Below, piece after piece: positions 10,586 through 23,084 of a stretch of DNA of 48,414 nt. Under the pieces are notes generated by a model. It was not told the origin of the DNA and searched no databases. It saw nothing but the letters and a program-made list of their open reading frames with translations. Source of the stretch: Chiloscyllium plagiosum (Eukaryota); contig NC_057750.1 in assembly GCF_004010195.1 (NCBI RefSeq), positions 17,704,859 through 17,753,272 of the forward strand. Reading direction: 5' to 3'. Each line of letters opens with the position of its first letter. Positions within the stretch are counted from its first letter, which is position 1. The translations under genes were made by a program, and so were the position numbers.

Positions 10586-11702
10586 CTAAAAGAGAAAATG
10601 GACAGTCATTAGCTTTTTTTTTGTGATCAAAGTGTACTTTACCATGATTATTGACAAGGTAACCCACACACATCCAATAAATGTGTGGCCACATCATCAG
10701 ATTAATACGCCAGAGATCAGAACAAAAATAAACAATTGCAGATAGGAACTCATATCTTCACCATGGCTATTTGAGATTTTCAATTCCATTTGCAACAAAA
10801 CCAGGAAATTAAATTTTTAAATGCTGATCAAAGTGACTGAAGTTCTTGGTGGTCAAACCTCCATACCCTGAGGCCCAGCATAAAAGGGAACCAGAGAGGG
10901 AGAGACAGACAGACAGGGCGGGTAGGTTGGCTCAGTGGTTAGCACTGCTGTCTCACAGAGCCAGGGACCTGGGTTCGGTTCCAGCCTCAGGCGACCGTCT
11001 GTGTGGAGTTTGTACTTTCAGCCATGACTACACACCCCTCTGTCCAGATTCAGTCCCATCCTCAACCATAAAATAGACCTGGCATCACTCATTTGCAGTT
11101 TTTCCCTGTATCATCTGCTCTTCTGTCACCCAGGAAGCTCCACATTTCTTTGTTATTTCCTCCCCTGCCCTTTGCGAAACTGTACCCCAACTGCCTCCTC
11201 TTTACAAGGCAGTCCCCAGTTCTGGTACAGGCCACTTCTGATCACAAGTTGCCAGGGTCAGATCCGTTCCCATCCCACGGTTGCTGGTGCCATCTCAATG
11301 ATTTTTCACTCTAGGCTGCTCCTTTTAGGAGTAAGAGTAGACCATTCAGCCCAATCGAGCTTGCCTCGCCATTCGAGATCATGGCTGGTCATCTCATCAA
11401 TACCTGCACCTCCATATCTCTTCCTGCTATTAATTTCCCAGAAACCTATTGATCTGTCTTGAACTTGTTCAATGATTGAACTTCCACAGCCCTCTGGGGT
11501 AGGGAATTCAAAAGCTTCACCACAGTCAGTAAAGAAATTCCTCCTCAGAGCTGTACACACCACTGGAACAGGCCCTCAGCCCACAATATTGTACTGAATA
11601 TGACACCATATTAAATCAAGCCTTCTGCCTGCCCTTGACCAATATCCCTCCATTCCTTGCATATTTGTGTCCTTGCCTAAAAGTCTCAAAAACTTTGAAC
11701 AA

Positions 11703-11995
11703 GGGGCAACACGGTGGCTCAGTGGTTAGCACTGCTGCCTCACAGCACCAGGGTCCCAGGTTAGACTCCAGCCTTGGGTGACTGTGCAAACTCCACACAG
11801 ACATTCTCCCAGCGTCTGCGTGGGTTTCTTCCGGGTGCTCCAGTTTCCTCTCACAATCCAAAGATGTGCAGGTCAGGTGAATTGGCCATGCTAAATTGTC
11901 CATAGTCAGAGGGAATTGGGTCTGGGTGGGTTACTCTTCGGAGGGTCGGTGTGGACTTGTTGGGCCGAAGGGCCTGTTTCCACACTGTAGGGAAT
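11703..11995 (+). mobile_element. HE1-like SINE
   Basis: ggggcaacacggtggctcagtggttagcactgctgcctcacagc head plus conserved body. Confidence 0.85.
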
Positions 11996-12566
11996 ATCAA
12001 CCTCCAGCCCACCTCAGCAACATATTCCAGACTTCTATCACTCACTATATAAAAATGACTTTCACATTTCCTTTGAGCTTTTCCCTTCTCACCTTAGTGC
12101 CCCCTAGATCTAACATTTGAACTCTGGGAAAATGATACTGACTGTCAACCCTCTGCTGCTCCAATTTTTCTAGCCTCTCCTTAAGCTCACCTCAGTCTTA
12201 ATCATCTTACTTCTTTATTCTGAGCTTGCGTCTCTGATTCTACAGCCAGCAGCCAGGGAGAACATCCTGGCTACATCCAGCCTGTGGTGAATTGTCTAAG
12301 TTTCCCAATGAGATTACCTAACATTCTTCAAAATGCCCAATTGCTCCTCAAAAGACAATCCTGCCAACCCAGAAATTAGTCCAATAAATCTTAGAATTCC
12401 AGATAACACAATTATTGCAATCTCCTAAAAGTTGCCCCACTGGCATTTCACCCATCCCATTCTCGAGAGTCAAACTGAGCATACATAGTGTCAAATATTC
12501 TTCGGAACTCACTACAAACTCTGTCCTTCACTTGATTACAATCTCTGAGTCAGCATGGACAAGTTT

Positions 12567-12850
12567 GATTAGATTAGATTCCCTACAACGTGGAAACAGG
12601 CCCTTCAGCCCAACAAGTCCACACCGACCCTCCGAAGAGTAACCCACCCAGACCCATTTCCCTCTGACTATGGACAATTTTGCATGGCCAATTCACCTGA
12701 CCTGCACATCTTTGGATTGTGAGAGGAAACCGGAGCACCCGGAAGAAATCCACGCAGACATGGGGAGAATGTCTGTTTAGAGTTTGCACAGTCACCCAAG
12801 GCTGGAATCGAACCTGGGGCAGTGCTAACCACTGAGCCACTGTGCCGCCC
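12567..12850 (-). mobile_element. HE1-like SINE
   Basis: (gatta)n tail and reverse-complement head ending tgtgccgccc. Confidence 0.85.
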
Positions 12851-12924
12851 AAGTTGGACAGAAGGGTCCATTTCTGTGCTGTATGACTCTCTCAAAAGAG
12901 AAAGCAGTTTGGTGGAGGAAACCT

Positions 12925-13795
12925 CCAGGACTTATACACGTAATTGTAAGGTCCTAGGGAATGTTGCTGAACAAAGAGGCCTTGGAATACAGGATCATAG
13001 TTCCTTTGCAAGTGGAGTCGCAGGTAGATGGGATAGTGAAGGCGGCGTTTGGTATGCTTTCCTTTATTGGTCAGAGTATTGAGTACAGGAGTTGGGAGGT
13101 CATATTGCAGCTGTACAGGACATTGGTTAGGCCACTGTTGGAATATTGCATGCAATTCTGGTCTCCTTCCTATCGGAAAGATGTGAAACTTGAAAGGGTT
13201 CAGAAAAGATTTACAAGGATTGGTCCCGGGTTGGAGGATTTGAGCTACAGGGAGAGGCTGAACAGGCTGGGGCTGTTTTCTCTGGAGCGTCAGAGGCTGA
13301 GGGGTGACCTTATAGAGGTTTATAAAATCATTAGGGGCGTGGATAGGACAAATAGACCAAGTCTCTTTTCTGGTGTGGGGGAGTCCAGAGGGCATTGGTT
13401 TAGAGTGAGGGGGGAAAAAATATAAAAGAGATCTAAGGGACAAGAGAGTGGTACGTGTTTGGAATGAGCTGCCAGAGGAAGTGGTGGAGGCTGGTACAAT
13501 TGCAGCATTTAAAAGGCATCTGGATGGGTTTATGAGAAAGATATAAAAGGGGCCTAAGGGGCAACTTTTTCACACAGAGGGTGGTAAGTGTATTGAATGA
13601 GTTGCCAGAGGACGTGGTGGGGGCTGGTACAATTGCAGCATTTAAAAGGCATCTGGATGGGTTTATGAATAGGAAGGGTTTGGAGGGATATGGGCCAGAT
13701 GCTAACAGGTGGGATTAGATTGGGTTGGGACATCTGGTCGGCATGGCCGGGTTGGACCGAAGGGTCTGTTTCCATGCTGTGCACCTCTACGACTA
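12925..13795 (+). mobile_element. CR1/HER1 LINE 3' fragment with internal tandem duplication
   Basis: ORF 12961..13425 (LYRTLVRPLLEYC..LERVQKRFTR..RLRGDLIEVYKI). The segment ending aaggcatctggatgggtttatga occurs twice (about 13415-13534 and 13535-13668). Confidence 0.9.
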
Positions 13796-13825
13796 ATGAT
13801 TGTACTACTGGGGATATGATCCTAC

Positions 13826-13884
13826 CTCCACTATGTTCACTTTGATGGAGCCATTGCCGTCTTTATCCAAAGCCTTGAACGATC
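13826..13884 (-). CDS. CAPNS1: Calpain small subunit 1 exon (RSFKALDKDGNGSIKVNIVE), EF5
   Basis: 59 nt, cag acceptor and gtagg donor, phase consistent with neighbouring exons. Confidence 0.95.
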
Positions 13885-14152
13885 CTGCAAGTGAAAAAAG
13901 ACAAGGCAAGGAATGATTAACCAGCTCTGCTCAACAGTGATGTGCATTTATATAGTTTCTTTAAATATAGATAAAATGTCACCAATCACTTCACAAAACC
14001 TATTATCAAACACATTTGTTAGGGAGTCACTTAAAGAAATTGTTAGGCCAACACTTAGTCCTAAGACAAGGGCTTCAAAAGGACCATCTGGAAAAGGAGG
14101 GCAAGGGGTTGAGCAAGGATATTTCAGAACTGTGGGACTAGACAGCTAGAGA

Positions 14153-14283
14153 CATGATGAAGGGCTTTTGCTCGAAACGTCAATCTTCCTGATCCTCGGA
14201 TGCTGCCTGACCTGCTGTGCTTTTTCAGCACCACTCTAATCTGGACTCAAATCTCCAGCATCTGCAGTACTCACCTCCACCTC
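14153..14283 (+). mobile_element. Penelope-derived terminal fragment (single arm)
   Basis: tgatgaagggcttttgctcgaaacgtc...ctccagcatctgcagtactcac, the same motif that ends the Penelope remnant at 19113-19650. Flanked by gctagaga at 14145-14152 and 14284-14291. Confidence 0.7.
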
Positions 14284-15700
14284 GCTAGAGATAGGACCAG
14301 CAACAAAGGATAACAGTAATGTATAAGAGGCTAGAATTAGGAAAAAAAAAGCAAAAAAAGTTGAAGTTTGCTGATCTGGTGGAGGTTTGAGAACACAGGA
14401 CAGGCCAGATATTGTGGAAGGGTTTAAAAAGGACAACTATATTTTTAGATTTCCGACATAAGAGCAGAGATTGGTGGGCAACCTGGACTTGACATGAATG
14501 AGGACACAATCAGAGTCTTGAATTAACTTTAAGTCCACTTTTTCTTTTTAAATACAGGGGCTAATTGATGCTGTTCACGAGCCTTGAAACCTGAACACAT
14601 GGTGTCTAAAACTTTCAGATTAAGAAACTGAGGAAAGTGGGAAGGGGGATAAATAGACCAAAGAATTGTCCTTTAATTAAAGCAACAATTACGGAATGCA
14701 CTATCTGAAGTGGCAGTAGGGGTAGATTCAATAACAGCTTCTATAGGAGACAGGAGCAAACCCTAACCCTGCTCCACTATTCAATATAATCATTCATCTC
14801 AATGCCTTAAATCCTGCCACTTCCTGTACATTCAGCCAAAAGAGCGTAATCTCCTGGAAAACACAAGGTTTTGGCCTTAACCATTTTGTGGAAATGAACT
14901 CCAGAAGTTTCTCAACATCCAAGTATTTTCTTCACGCATCTCACTCCTAAAAGGTTTACCCTTTATCCTTAAACTAAGGCCCACAGCTCTGGACTCCCCA
15001 CAATCAGGGACAGCCTTCCTACATCTACTCCATCTCACTGTTAGAATTTCATAGATTTCTACGTGATCACTTCGGTGAATACAATCCTAACCAAAGTCAT
15101 TCTCTCTTCATAGGAGTCAGCCCTGCCAGGAATCAGTTCAGGAAACCTTTGTTACAAACTCTCAAAAGCAGGAGCACCCTTCCTCGTAAGGTGACCAGAC
15201 GAGCACACAATATTCCTGGTGTGGCCTGTATAGTCCAACATGCAATTTGATTAGATTAGATCCCCTACAGCATGGAAACAGACCCTTTGGCCCAACAAGT
15301 CCACACCCACCCTCCAAAGAGTAACCCACCCAGACCCATTCCCCTACCCTACCCTGACTAATGCACCTAAAACAATGGCGAGTTTAGTCTGGCCAAATCA
15401 CCTGACCTGCACTTTTTTTTTTGGAGTTTGCCTCCTACACCTGCATGCTTACTTTCAGTGACTGGTACACGGGGACATTCAAGCCTTGCTGAACATTTCC
15501 CCTCTTACTTGCAGCCCTTTAAATAAATATCTGCCTTCCTATTTTGATTACCAAAACAGTCAACATATTTTTCCCCCATTATCCTGCAGCTGCCATGCAT
15601 TTGCCCCCACAGCCTGTCCAAGTCACATTACAACATCTCTGCATTCTCCTCACAGCTCACTCTTCCACCCAGCTTTGTGTCACTTGGAAATTTGGAGATA

Positions 15701-15970
15701 CAGGTAGACAACCCTTTATCCGATATCCGAAAATCTCCAAAGTCCGAAGGTTTTTTGTAAAGTTTTTTTTCCCTCGTTAACAAGGATGTTTGGTGTGCAA
15801 ACAGTTAACCCAAGTCGACACCCACTCGATGCATGTCACTGTGATGTGTCTGCTCCTCCTGTAAGATTTTTTAAATTTCACCAAACTGTCACTTACTCTG
15901 AAATTCGAAAAATTCTGAATTCCGAAAAATAGCAAGTTCCAAGCATTTCAGATAAAGGATTGTGCACCTG
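15701..15970. mobile_element. Tc1/mariner (Tigger/pogo-like) MITE
   Basis: TIRs CAGGTAGACAACCCTTTATCCG / CAGGTGCACAATCCTTTATCTG (18/22 match); TA duplicated at 15699-15700 and 15971-15972; no ORF. Confidence 0.85.
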
Positions 15971-16296
15971 TACTACACTTAGTTCCTTCATCCAAATCAT
16001 TAACATATATTGAGAATAGCTGAGATCCTTAAATTAATCCCCAATGTACCTTATTAGCTATTGCCTGCAATTCAAAAAATAAAGACCCATTTTTTCTTAC
16101 CATTTCCTGCCTAACCAATTTTCTATCCACCTCAATACAATACCCCCAATCTCATGCATGTTAATTTTGCACATGAATCTTTTACATGGCACAGTGTCAA
16201 AAGCCCTTTCAAGGTCCCCAAAAAGCTAATATCCATTAGCTCCCCATGCTCAACACTTTTAGTTACATCCTCAAAAGAACTTCAGTAGATTTTAGT

Positions 16297-16620
16297 GGGC
16301 GGCACGGTGGCACAGTGGTTAGCACTGCTGCCTCACAGCGCCAGAGACCCGGGTTCAATTCCCGACTCAGGTGACTGACTGTGTGGAGTTTGCACGTTCT
16401 CCCTGTGTCTGCGTGGGTTTCCTCCGGGTGCTCCGGTTTCCTCCCACAATCCAAAAATGTGCGGGTCAGGTGAATTGGCCATGCTAAATTGCCCGTAGTG
16501 TTAGGTTAAAGGGGTAAATGTAGGGGTATGGGTGGGTTGCGCTTCGGCGGGTCGGTGTGGACTTGTTGGGCCGAAGGGCCTGTTTCCACACTGTAAGTAA
16601 TCTAATCTAATCTAATCTAA
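16297..16620 (+). mobile_element. Full-length, young HE1-like tRNA/V-SINE
   Basis: tRNA-like head with A-box (TGGCACAGTGG) and B-box (GGTTCAATTCC), conserved central domain, perfect (TCTAA)n tail. Inserted within older CR1-like sequence. Confidence 0.92.
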
Positions 16621-16719
16621 TTTGTCAAGTATGATTTCTTTTTTGTAAATCCATGCTGTGTCTGATCTATCATTATTTCCCCTCCAAGCGCGCTGCTATA
16701 AAATCCTTGGGAATGAAGT

Positions 16720-17240
16720 TAGGCCACATTTGAAATATTGTGTGCAATTCTGGGCCCCCTGATATAAGAAGGATGCTAGGAAATCTGAAAGGGTTTAGAA
16801 AAGAATTACAAGAATGTTGGAGGATTTGAGCTCTAGGGAGAGACCAAAAAGGCTGGGGCTGTTTTCCCTGGAGCGTCAGAGGCTGAGGGGTGACCTTATA
16901 GCTGTTTATAAAATCAAGAGAGACATGGATAGGATAAATAGACAGCCAAGGTCTTTTCCCTGGGGTGGGGTGGGGTGGGGGGTGGGGGAGGGGAGGAGTC
17001 CAAAACTAGAGGGCTTCGGTTTAGCGTGAGAGGCGAAAGATATAAAAGGGGCAAATTTTTTACGCAGACAGTCGTGTATGGAATGAGCTACCAGAGGAAC
17101 TGGTGGAGGCTGGTACAATTACAGCATTTAAAAAGGCATTTGGATGGATATGGGCCAATGCTGGCAAATGGGACTAGATTAGGTTGGGACATGTGGTCGG
17201 CATGGACGGGTGGAACTGACGGGTCTGTTTCTGTGCTGCA
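16720..17240 (+). mobile_element. CR1/HER1 LINE 3' fragment
   Basis: RLGLFSLERQRLRGDLIAVYKI and the shared 3' UTR. Confidence 0.85.
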
Positions 17241-18251
17241 AGACCCTCTGAAAAGGGCGACCCAAACACAAAAGAATGAAATGGCCTGCTCTTCAAGCAG
17301 CCTGACTCTGCCGTTTACAGACTTTAAGCATCTGTTGATCATCTTCAAACAAACTTACACTAAACAAAATAAAACGGTACAATATTAGCCTGAGGCTGCA
17401 ACTAAGAAGCATAGCTCACTTCAGAAAAATGCCTTTTTATCCACAGCTGTCAAGTAGGTCCAGATGTGAAACTAAAATTCTGCTATCAACACACTCAATA
17501 CATTCCCATTTGGGAAGTCTTGTGATTTGGATCTCACTCAGTTCCTGCTAAATGCAGCAAACAGCCAGGACCTGTCACACTGTATTCTATCTCTCTGAAC
17601 TGTAGCCTGAATCCTTGCATCGAGTGACCAGGCAAAGGAACCCCATCACATACGGCGATCAGATTTACTGCACCAAACCTGGCCATTCAGACCAAGTGGT
17701 TTCTGCTCCCCAGGCAGCTCCTCTTTTCCACACCCTAACATTTCCCCTCACTCATTATCATAACCTTCACTGCTTTCTCCATCATCTCACTTCCCTTTAC
17801 TATTTACTTCAACCACTCCCTCAGTTTCGCCAATTCCACATGCTCACCACTCCCTGGGTGAAAGAGGGTCTGTCCATCCATCCATCTTGTGTTTTAAGAG
17901 CCCTGAGTTTTCAATCACTGCACAAATGAATACCTGCATCTACCCCCCCATTAAACCCCTCAATCAGATCTCCCAGTCCTGCTTTATTGGAGAAGATGGG
18001 GCTGGGTCTATTCTGATCTGGAGTGTAATGGGTCAGTTTCAGAATGTCCACATCTGTCTATTGTACTCACTCAATATCAATTCACGTGGAGACAAGTATG
18101 CACAGCACTCAGCTTTTTGTTGGTTTTATTTCTAGTTTCATACACAGCACATGCCTCAATATCGTCACTGAGCTGTGCCAGGCAGCAATGTCACAGGAAT
18201 GGCTCCAAACTGATTGGTCAAGTTAATAGGTGCTAACAGAACCACACTTAC

Positions 18252-18368
18252 TGAGCATGGCATCCAACCGGACTAAGCAGGAAATGTAGTTGTCAAAGTC
18301 CATGTCACCAGACTCATTGGCATATCGGCGATACAGCAGTCGGTAAAGTTCATCATTCAGAGGATATC
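18252..18368 (-). CDS. CAPNS1: Calpain small subunit 1 exon (GYPLNDELYRLLYRRYANESGDMDFDNYISCLVRLDAML), EF4
   Basis: 117 nt, aag acceptor and gtaagt donor; visible in ORF 18223..18426. Confidence 0.96.
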
Positions 18369-18592
18369 CTTTGCACAGAAGGAGACAGAAGTAGAGAAGG
18401 TTAAATGTCAAAATCCAACCAAGCAATGATAAAAGAACAGTAACATATTTCCAAGTCAGGATGAGATGAGATCTGGAGGGTGGTGCAGAGAATTGGCCAT
18501 GCTAAATTGCCCATAGTGTTCAGGGATGTGCAGGTTAGGTGCATTAGTCAGGGGTAAGTGTAGAGTTGGAGATGGATCTGGGTGGGTTACTC

Positions 18593-20211
18593 AGTCAGTG
18601 ATGAGAAAGCTTTTCAAGGCTATTTTCTGCAATAATGGATTTTTAAATTATAAATACCAATCGGAGGCTGAGAGCATAGGCGGCTTTTGGAACAATCTCA
18701 GTACGTCGAGTCTCAAATAGTACAGAGATATTTCAGTCAACAGAGCTGAACTACCTATTTGATAGTGCCTCAAGTAATCAAAAAAAATTGAATAATGGCC
18801 CCATTTTAAGACACTTGTAAAGGAGTGAAAGTCTAAAAAAAAACAACTGTTTGAAAGTACTTTTTGCAATTGAAGGTAAAGGGAAAAACCAAAAGGTTTC
18901 CTGTTGTGCAGAAAGTAATTCAGGGCGTAGGTGCAGTGAATGCAAAAAGAAGTGAAAAGGTGGGATAGGATGAAAACTCTATCAACCTTAAAACTGGAGA
19001 AGAAAATTTGGTTCAAACAAAAAAAGACAAGGTCAACCAAAATCTTCTATTGTCAGAGCACTTGAAAGGGACACAATGAAGGAACACTGAAGGCATTTTT
19101 ATTCGAGTCCCAGAGACATATGCACTAAACAACCCCACAGCCCTGTGGCTGACTACTTCAACTCCCCCCTCCGCCAAGGACATGCAAGTCCTGGGCCGCC
19201 TCCACCACCAAATCCAAGCCACCTGGAGGAAGAATATCTCATTTTCTGTCCTGGGACCCTCCAACCACACCTCATCAATGTCGATTTCACTAGTTTCCTC
19301 ATCTCCACCACACCCCCCCTCATCCCAGATCCAACCCTCCAACTCCCCACTGCCTTCTTGAACTGTCCATCTTCCTTCCCACCTATCCACTCCACCCTCA
19401 ACTCTGACCTATCACCATCATCCCCCCACCTCCACCTACCTATTGCATTCCTAGCTACCTTCCCCACACCCCAGCCACACACACCCCCTTCCCATTTATC
19501 TCTCAGCACCCTCGGGGGACCCCCCACATTCCTGATGAAGAGGTTATGCTCAAAACGTTGACTCTTCTGCTCCTCGGACGCTGCCTGACCGGCTGTGCTT
19601 TTCCAGCACCACACGTTTTGACTCCGATCTCCAGTCCTCACTTTCTTCTAAATAGTGAAGGTCATTTTTCCTAGGGTGAATTCCAAAACAAGAGGGCATA
19701 GGTTTAAGGTCAGAGGGGAGACATTTAAAAAAGGGACCAGAGGGGTAACCTTTTCCACACAAAGGTGATATGTGTATGGAACGAGCTGCAGAGGTGTTGA
19801 TACAATTACATTGAAAAGGCATCTGGATGTGTACATGAATAGGAAGGGTTTGGAGGGATATGGGCCAAATGCTGGCAAATGGAACTCAGTCAGATTGGGT
19901 CTGCTTCCCTGCTGTACAACTCTAGAACTCTACGAAGGGTGACAGTCTGATTATCACAGAACATGTAATAGCTGTACAGAGTTCAACACTACACCAGACA
20001 AAATACTGTCATGACAGCCTTAGGAGACTTGGTGCTGTGAGAGTCAGTGACCAGAAGGCTTTTCAAGGCTATTTTCTGCAGTAATGGATTTAACTATAAA
20101 CACCAATCAGAAGCTCAGAGCACAGGAGGTTTTCAGGGTGATTTCAGAGCATTAACTTCAAATATTATTGGAGATATTTCAGTTAACAGATGAACTACCC
20201 ATTTGATAATG
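18593..20211. repeat. Pair of diverged ~170-bp direct repeats (18593-18767 and 20042-20211)
   Basis: Shared blocks gcttttcaaggctattttctgca-taatggattt, gagatatttcagt-aacaga and tgaactacc-atttgata. Confidence 0.8.
19113..19650 (+). mobile_element. Penelope-like element 3' remnant (GIY-YIG C-terminus + terminal region)
   Basis: PVADYFNSP...LEEEYLIFCPGTLQPHLINVDF matches the usual C-terminal signature of vertebrate Penelope ORFs. It is followed by a C-rich tract and cctgatgaagaggttatgctcaaaacgttg. Confidence 0.8.
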
Positions 20212-21179
20212 TCTCCCTATATTGGGCTGAAGTGAAGCAGATTGGAGCATCCACTCAGAGTTTCAGATTATCCCAAACAGAGATCAAGACTTGCAGTTTG
20301 GAGAGAAGGGGGAGGAGGGTCGTTTGTGTGTGCATGCGAGAGAGAAACCTGGGAGGAGAGGCAGTACAATGCAACTAGTAACGATGTAACTGAACCCATG
20401 ACTCTGATGTCAGTGAGAGAAAGATGACAACAATCTATAAGGAGAATGTGAAGAAAGAGCTCTTCCATATCTTACACTGGAGAGCAGGGTTTCAGAACCT
20501 GTAGAGTGACCGAAGTATGCAAGGAGGTGAAGAGCCTCAGGGACAGTCTGTACAGCCAGCCGCAGTCAGAGACCTCCAGACCGTGTGCTTGCAACCATAT
20601 TAGATAAAGCAGTGGTATACACAAAACATTAACTTCCTTCCTTCCTTTGCCAGTGCTGACTGATCTACTTCCAGCAGTTCCTGCTTTCTCTCAGAATTTT
20701 AGCAGCTGCAGCATTTTGGTGTTTTTATAGGTTGGCTCCAAACCTATAAAAAGCTGTTCGAAAGGTGCCCCATCTAGTGATTAGCAGTGGAATTACATTG
20801 ACTGAGGGCAGTGTGTGGTCTTGCAGCACAGTCCCTGATCAGCTCTTCATACCCCTACCAGTGCGTTGAGAGAGCTGATCAATGATTACCAATTCCCCCA
20901 GTGCTTTCCTGAGTCTGAGGATCTACAGACTTCGGAGCACCTCCATCTGCAAGTTCCACTTGAACTCCTGTTTATTGATGTGGAAATATATCGCTGTTCC
21001 TTCACAGTGTGTTAGAATCCTGAATCTGCCTTCCAAACAGCACTATGGGTCTACCTACACCCCACAGAGTCCAACTTCACCTTCAAAGGGCAATTAGGGA
21101 TGGACAATAAATGCTGGCCTAAGCGATGCCCTTAAGCTAGGCAGGAAAAGGAATTACCTGTAATTGTTGAAATTAAAAT

Positions 21180-21395
21180 CAGAAGTCTCATGACACCAAG
21201 TTATAGTCCAACAGGTTTATTTGAAATCACAAGCTTTCAGAGCGCTGCCCCTCTGCGGGTGAAGTGACTACACCTGACAAAAGGAACAGGGCTCCAAAAG
21301 CTTGTGATTTCAAATAAACCTGTTGGATTATAACCTGGTGTCTTGTGACTTCTGACACAGTCCACCCCAATCCAACCCAGGCACCTCCACATCAA
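21180..21395. mobile_element. Palindromic Penelope-type short insertion (second family) with 12-bp TSD
   Basis: Inverted arms agaagtc..tccaacaggtttatttgaaatcacaagcttt / aaagcttgtgatttcaaataaacctgttgga..gacttct. tgaaattaaaat at 21168-21179 and 21396-21407. Confidence 0.75.
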
Positions 21396-21785
21396 TGAAA
21401 TTAAAATACACAAGACAGAGCCGGATCATTTGGCTGATTCACAGGCTCTAGCCCACTCTAGTTATCTCCTCTCACCCAACCTCCCATTCATTGTTCTTAA
21501 CGTCCTCATCCAACCTGCCCTTCATTTAAGTCTATACTAGTCACCTCACACCTTTCACGTTGTTGCATGCCCTACTGTCTTAGCACACTGAAGGGTCTCC
21601 TGAATTCCTGATCAGATTCAAGCTAGGCAGGGAAATGTTGAGAACTACTCCCTCATAGTACCAGCACTGATGGGCTGAATAGTCTCCTCCTGCATTATAA
21701 CACATGTATGAATGTGCCCTTGGCACTACCTTCTCCCCACAGCCCCCTCCATGGAGCTATAGGTCAGTTGATCAACATGTCCTAC

Positions 21786-21864
21786 CTGCTGCTTCAAAAG
21801 CCCCAGGAAGCTCTTGGCTGTTAATGGTTCCTGATTTGTCGGCATCGAATCCTTTGTAGACAGC
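21786..21864 (-). CDS. CAPNS1: Calpain small subunit 1 exon (AVYKGFDADKSGTINSQELPGAFEAA), EF3
   Basis: 79 nt, cag/gtagg boundaries; canonical EF loop DADKSGTINSQE; ELPGAFEAAG is typical of the small subunit. Confidence 0.96.
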
Positions 21865-22136
21865 CTGTGGGGGGTGAATTACATATTTAGTTCAAACTGC
21901 ATACAGGGTCAGGATGATTAGCGAGGGCACAGATTCACTGGGAGGGTGGGGGACAAACAGTCCAAGCCACACATTTGACACAAGTGCACAAATTTAGACA
22001 GAAAAGCTATTGGAAGATATACACATCTCGCCATTGATTGCCAGCAGGAGGCAGTAGGCAATTAGTGGCAGATAGCTAGTCGCACCGTTTTCAGTCTCCA
22101 CTCTGTAAAATAGTCCAATGTCATCAGCCAATGTAA

Positions 22137-22378
22137 GCGCAGCATGGGGGCTCAGTGGTTAGCACTGCTGCCTCACAGCACGAGAGTTTCCTCTGGGTGC
22201 TGTGGTTTCCTCCCACAAGTGCAGCTTGGGGTGAATTGGCCGTGCTAAATTACCCATAGTGTCCAGGGATATGCAGGCTAGGTGGATTAGCCGTGGGAGG
22301 TGGGTTTGGGTGGGATGCTGTTTGGAAGTTTAGTATGGACTCAATGGGCCAAATGGCCTGCTTCCACATAGTGTAGGG
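22137..22378 (+). mobile_element. HE1-like SINE, internally deleted and diverged
   Basis: ctcagtggttagcactgctgcctcacagc head joined directly to gtttcctctgggtgc. Confidence 0.7.
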
Positions 22379-23084
22379 ACTGTTTCCCCAAACTAGAAAC
22401 AGCTCAGCTCACAGACCAACGTGGAGAGCATTATATCACTGCAGCAAGATTCAGTGATTGTCTCCAAGGAGATTGTTGGAACAAGGTTGCTGTTCACAAG
22501 CAGATCTGGGAACATGACCAAAAGGCAGGTATATTGAGCTGGGAAAAGTCACAGTCCAGGCTGACAAGAATGACACTGGGTTAGAAAGCTGGAGTGACAA
22601 GCTTCGTTTCTGTAGACCAGGCCTGTACTTCCTTCGCATATAACAAATCCGAGGGAGCTTTTATGGTGCTGTGGTAGCGCTCCTACCTCAGGGACCAGAA
22701 GGTCGAGATTCAAAGTCCAACCTGCTTGGACATTTGCCATAACACCCTTGAATAGGCTAAATAATTTTATTGCAGATTAAGGGGACATCTAATAAGGTGT
22801 TTAAAATCTCAGACAGGGTAAACAGAGACACCATTCACTCTGGTGACAGTACCCAGAACGAGATGAGCAGGTTAAATTTAGAACCAAGGCCATTCTGATG
22901 AAAACCTGTACCCACAACTCCTCCCACCCAAAAGCTGCTGAAAATGCGAAAACAGAGATGGATATGTATTTTTTTTCCACCGGGGAAAAGGTGTTAAGAT
23001 TTATGGAACCTGTGGGGTTGAATACCAGACCAGAAAGATAGGGAAGTGAGTTGGAGGGGGCAGAATAACAGACTCCCAATAATA

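Noticed and set aside
16297..16370. tRNA gene
   Set aside because: The tRNA-like A/B boxes are the head of a SINE repeated about ten times in the window and continue into the SINE body and tail.
18593..18767. C/D-box snoRNA (GTGATGA near 18599)
   Set aside because: The C-box-like motif is antisense to the host gene and is not conserved in the second copy (gtgaccag).
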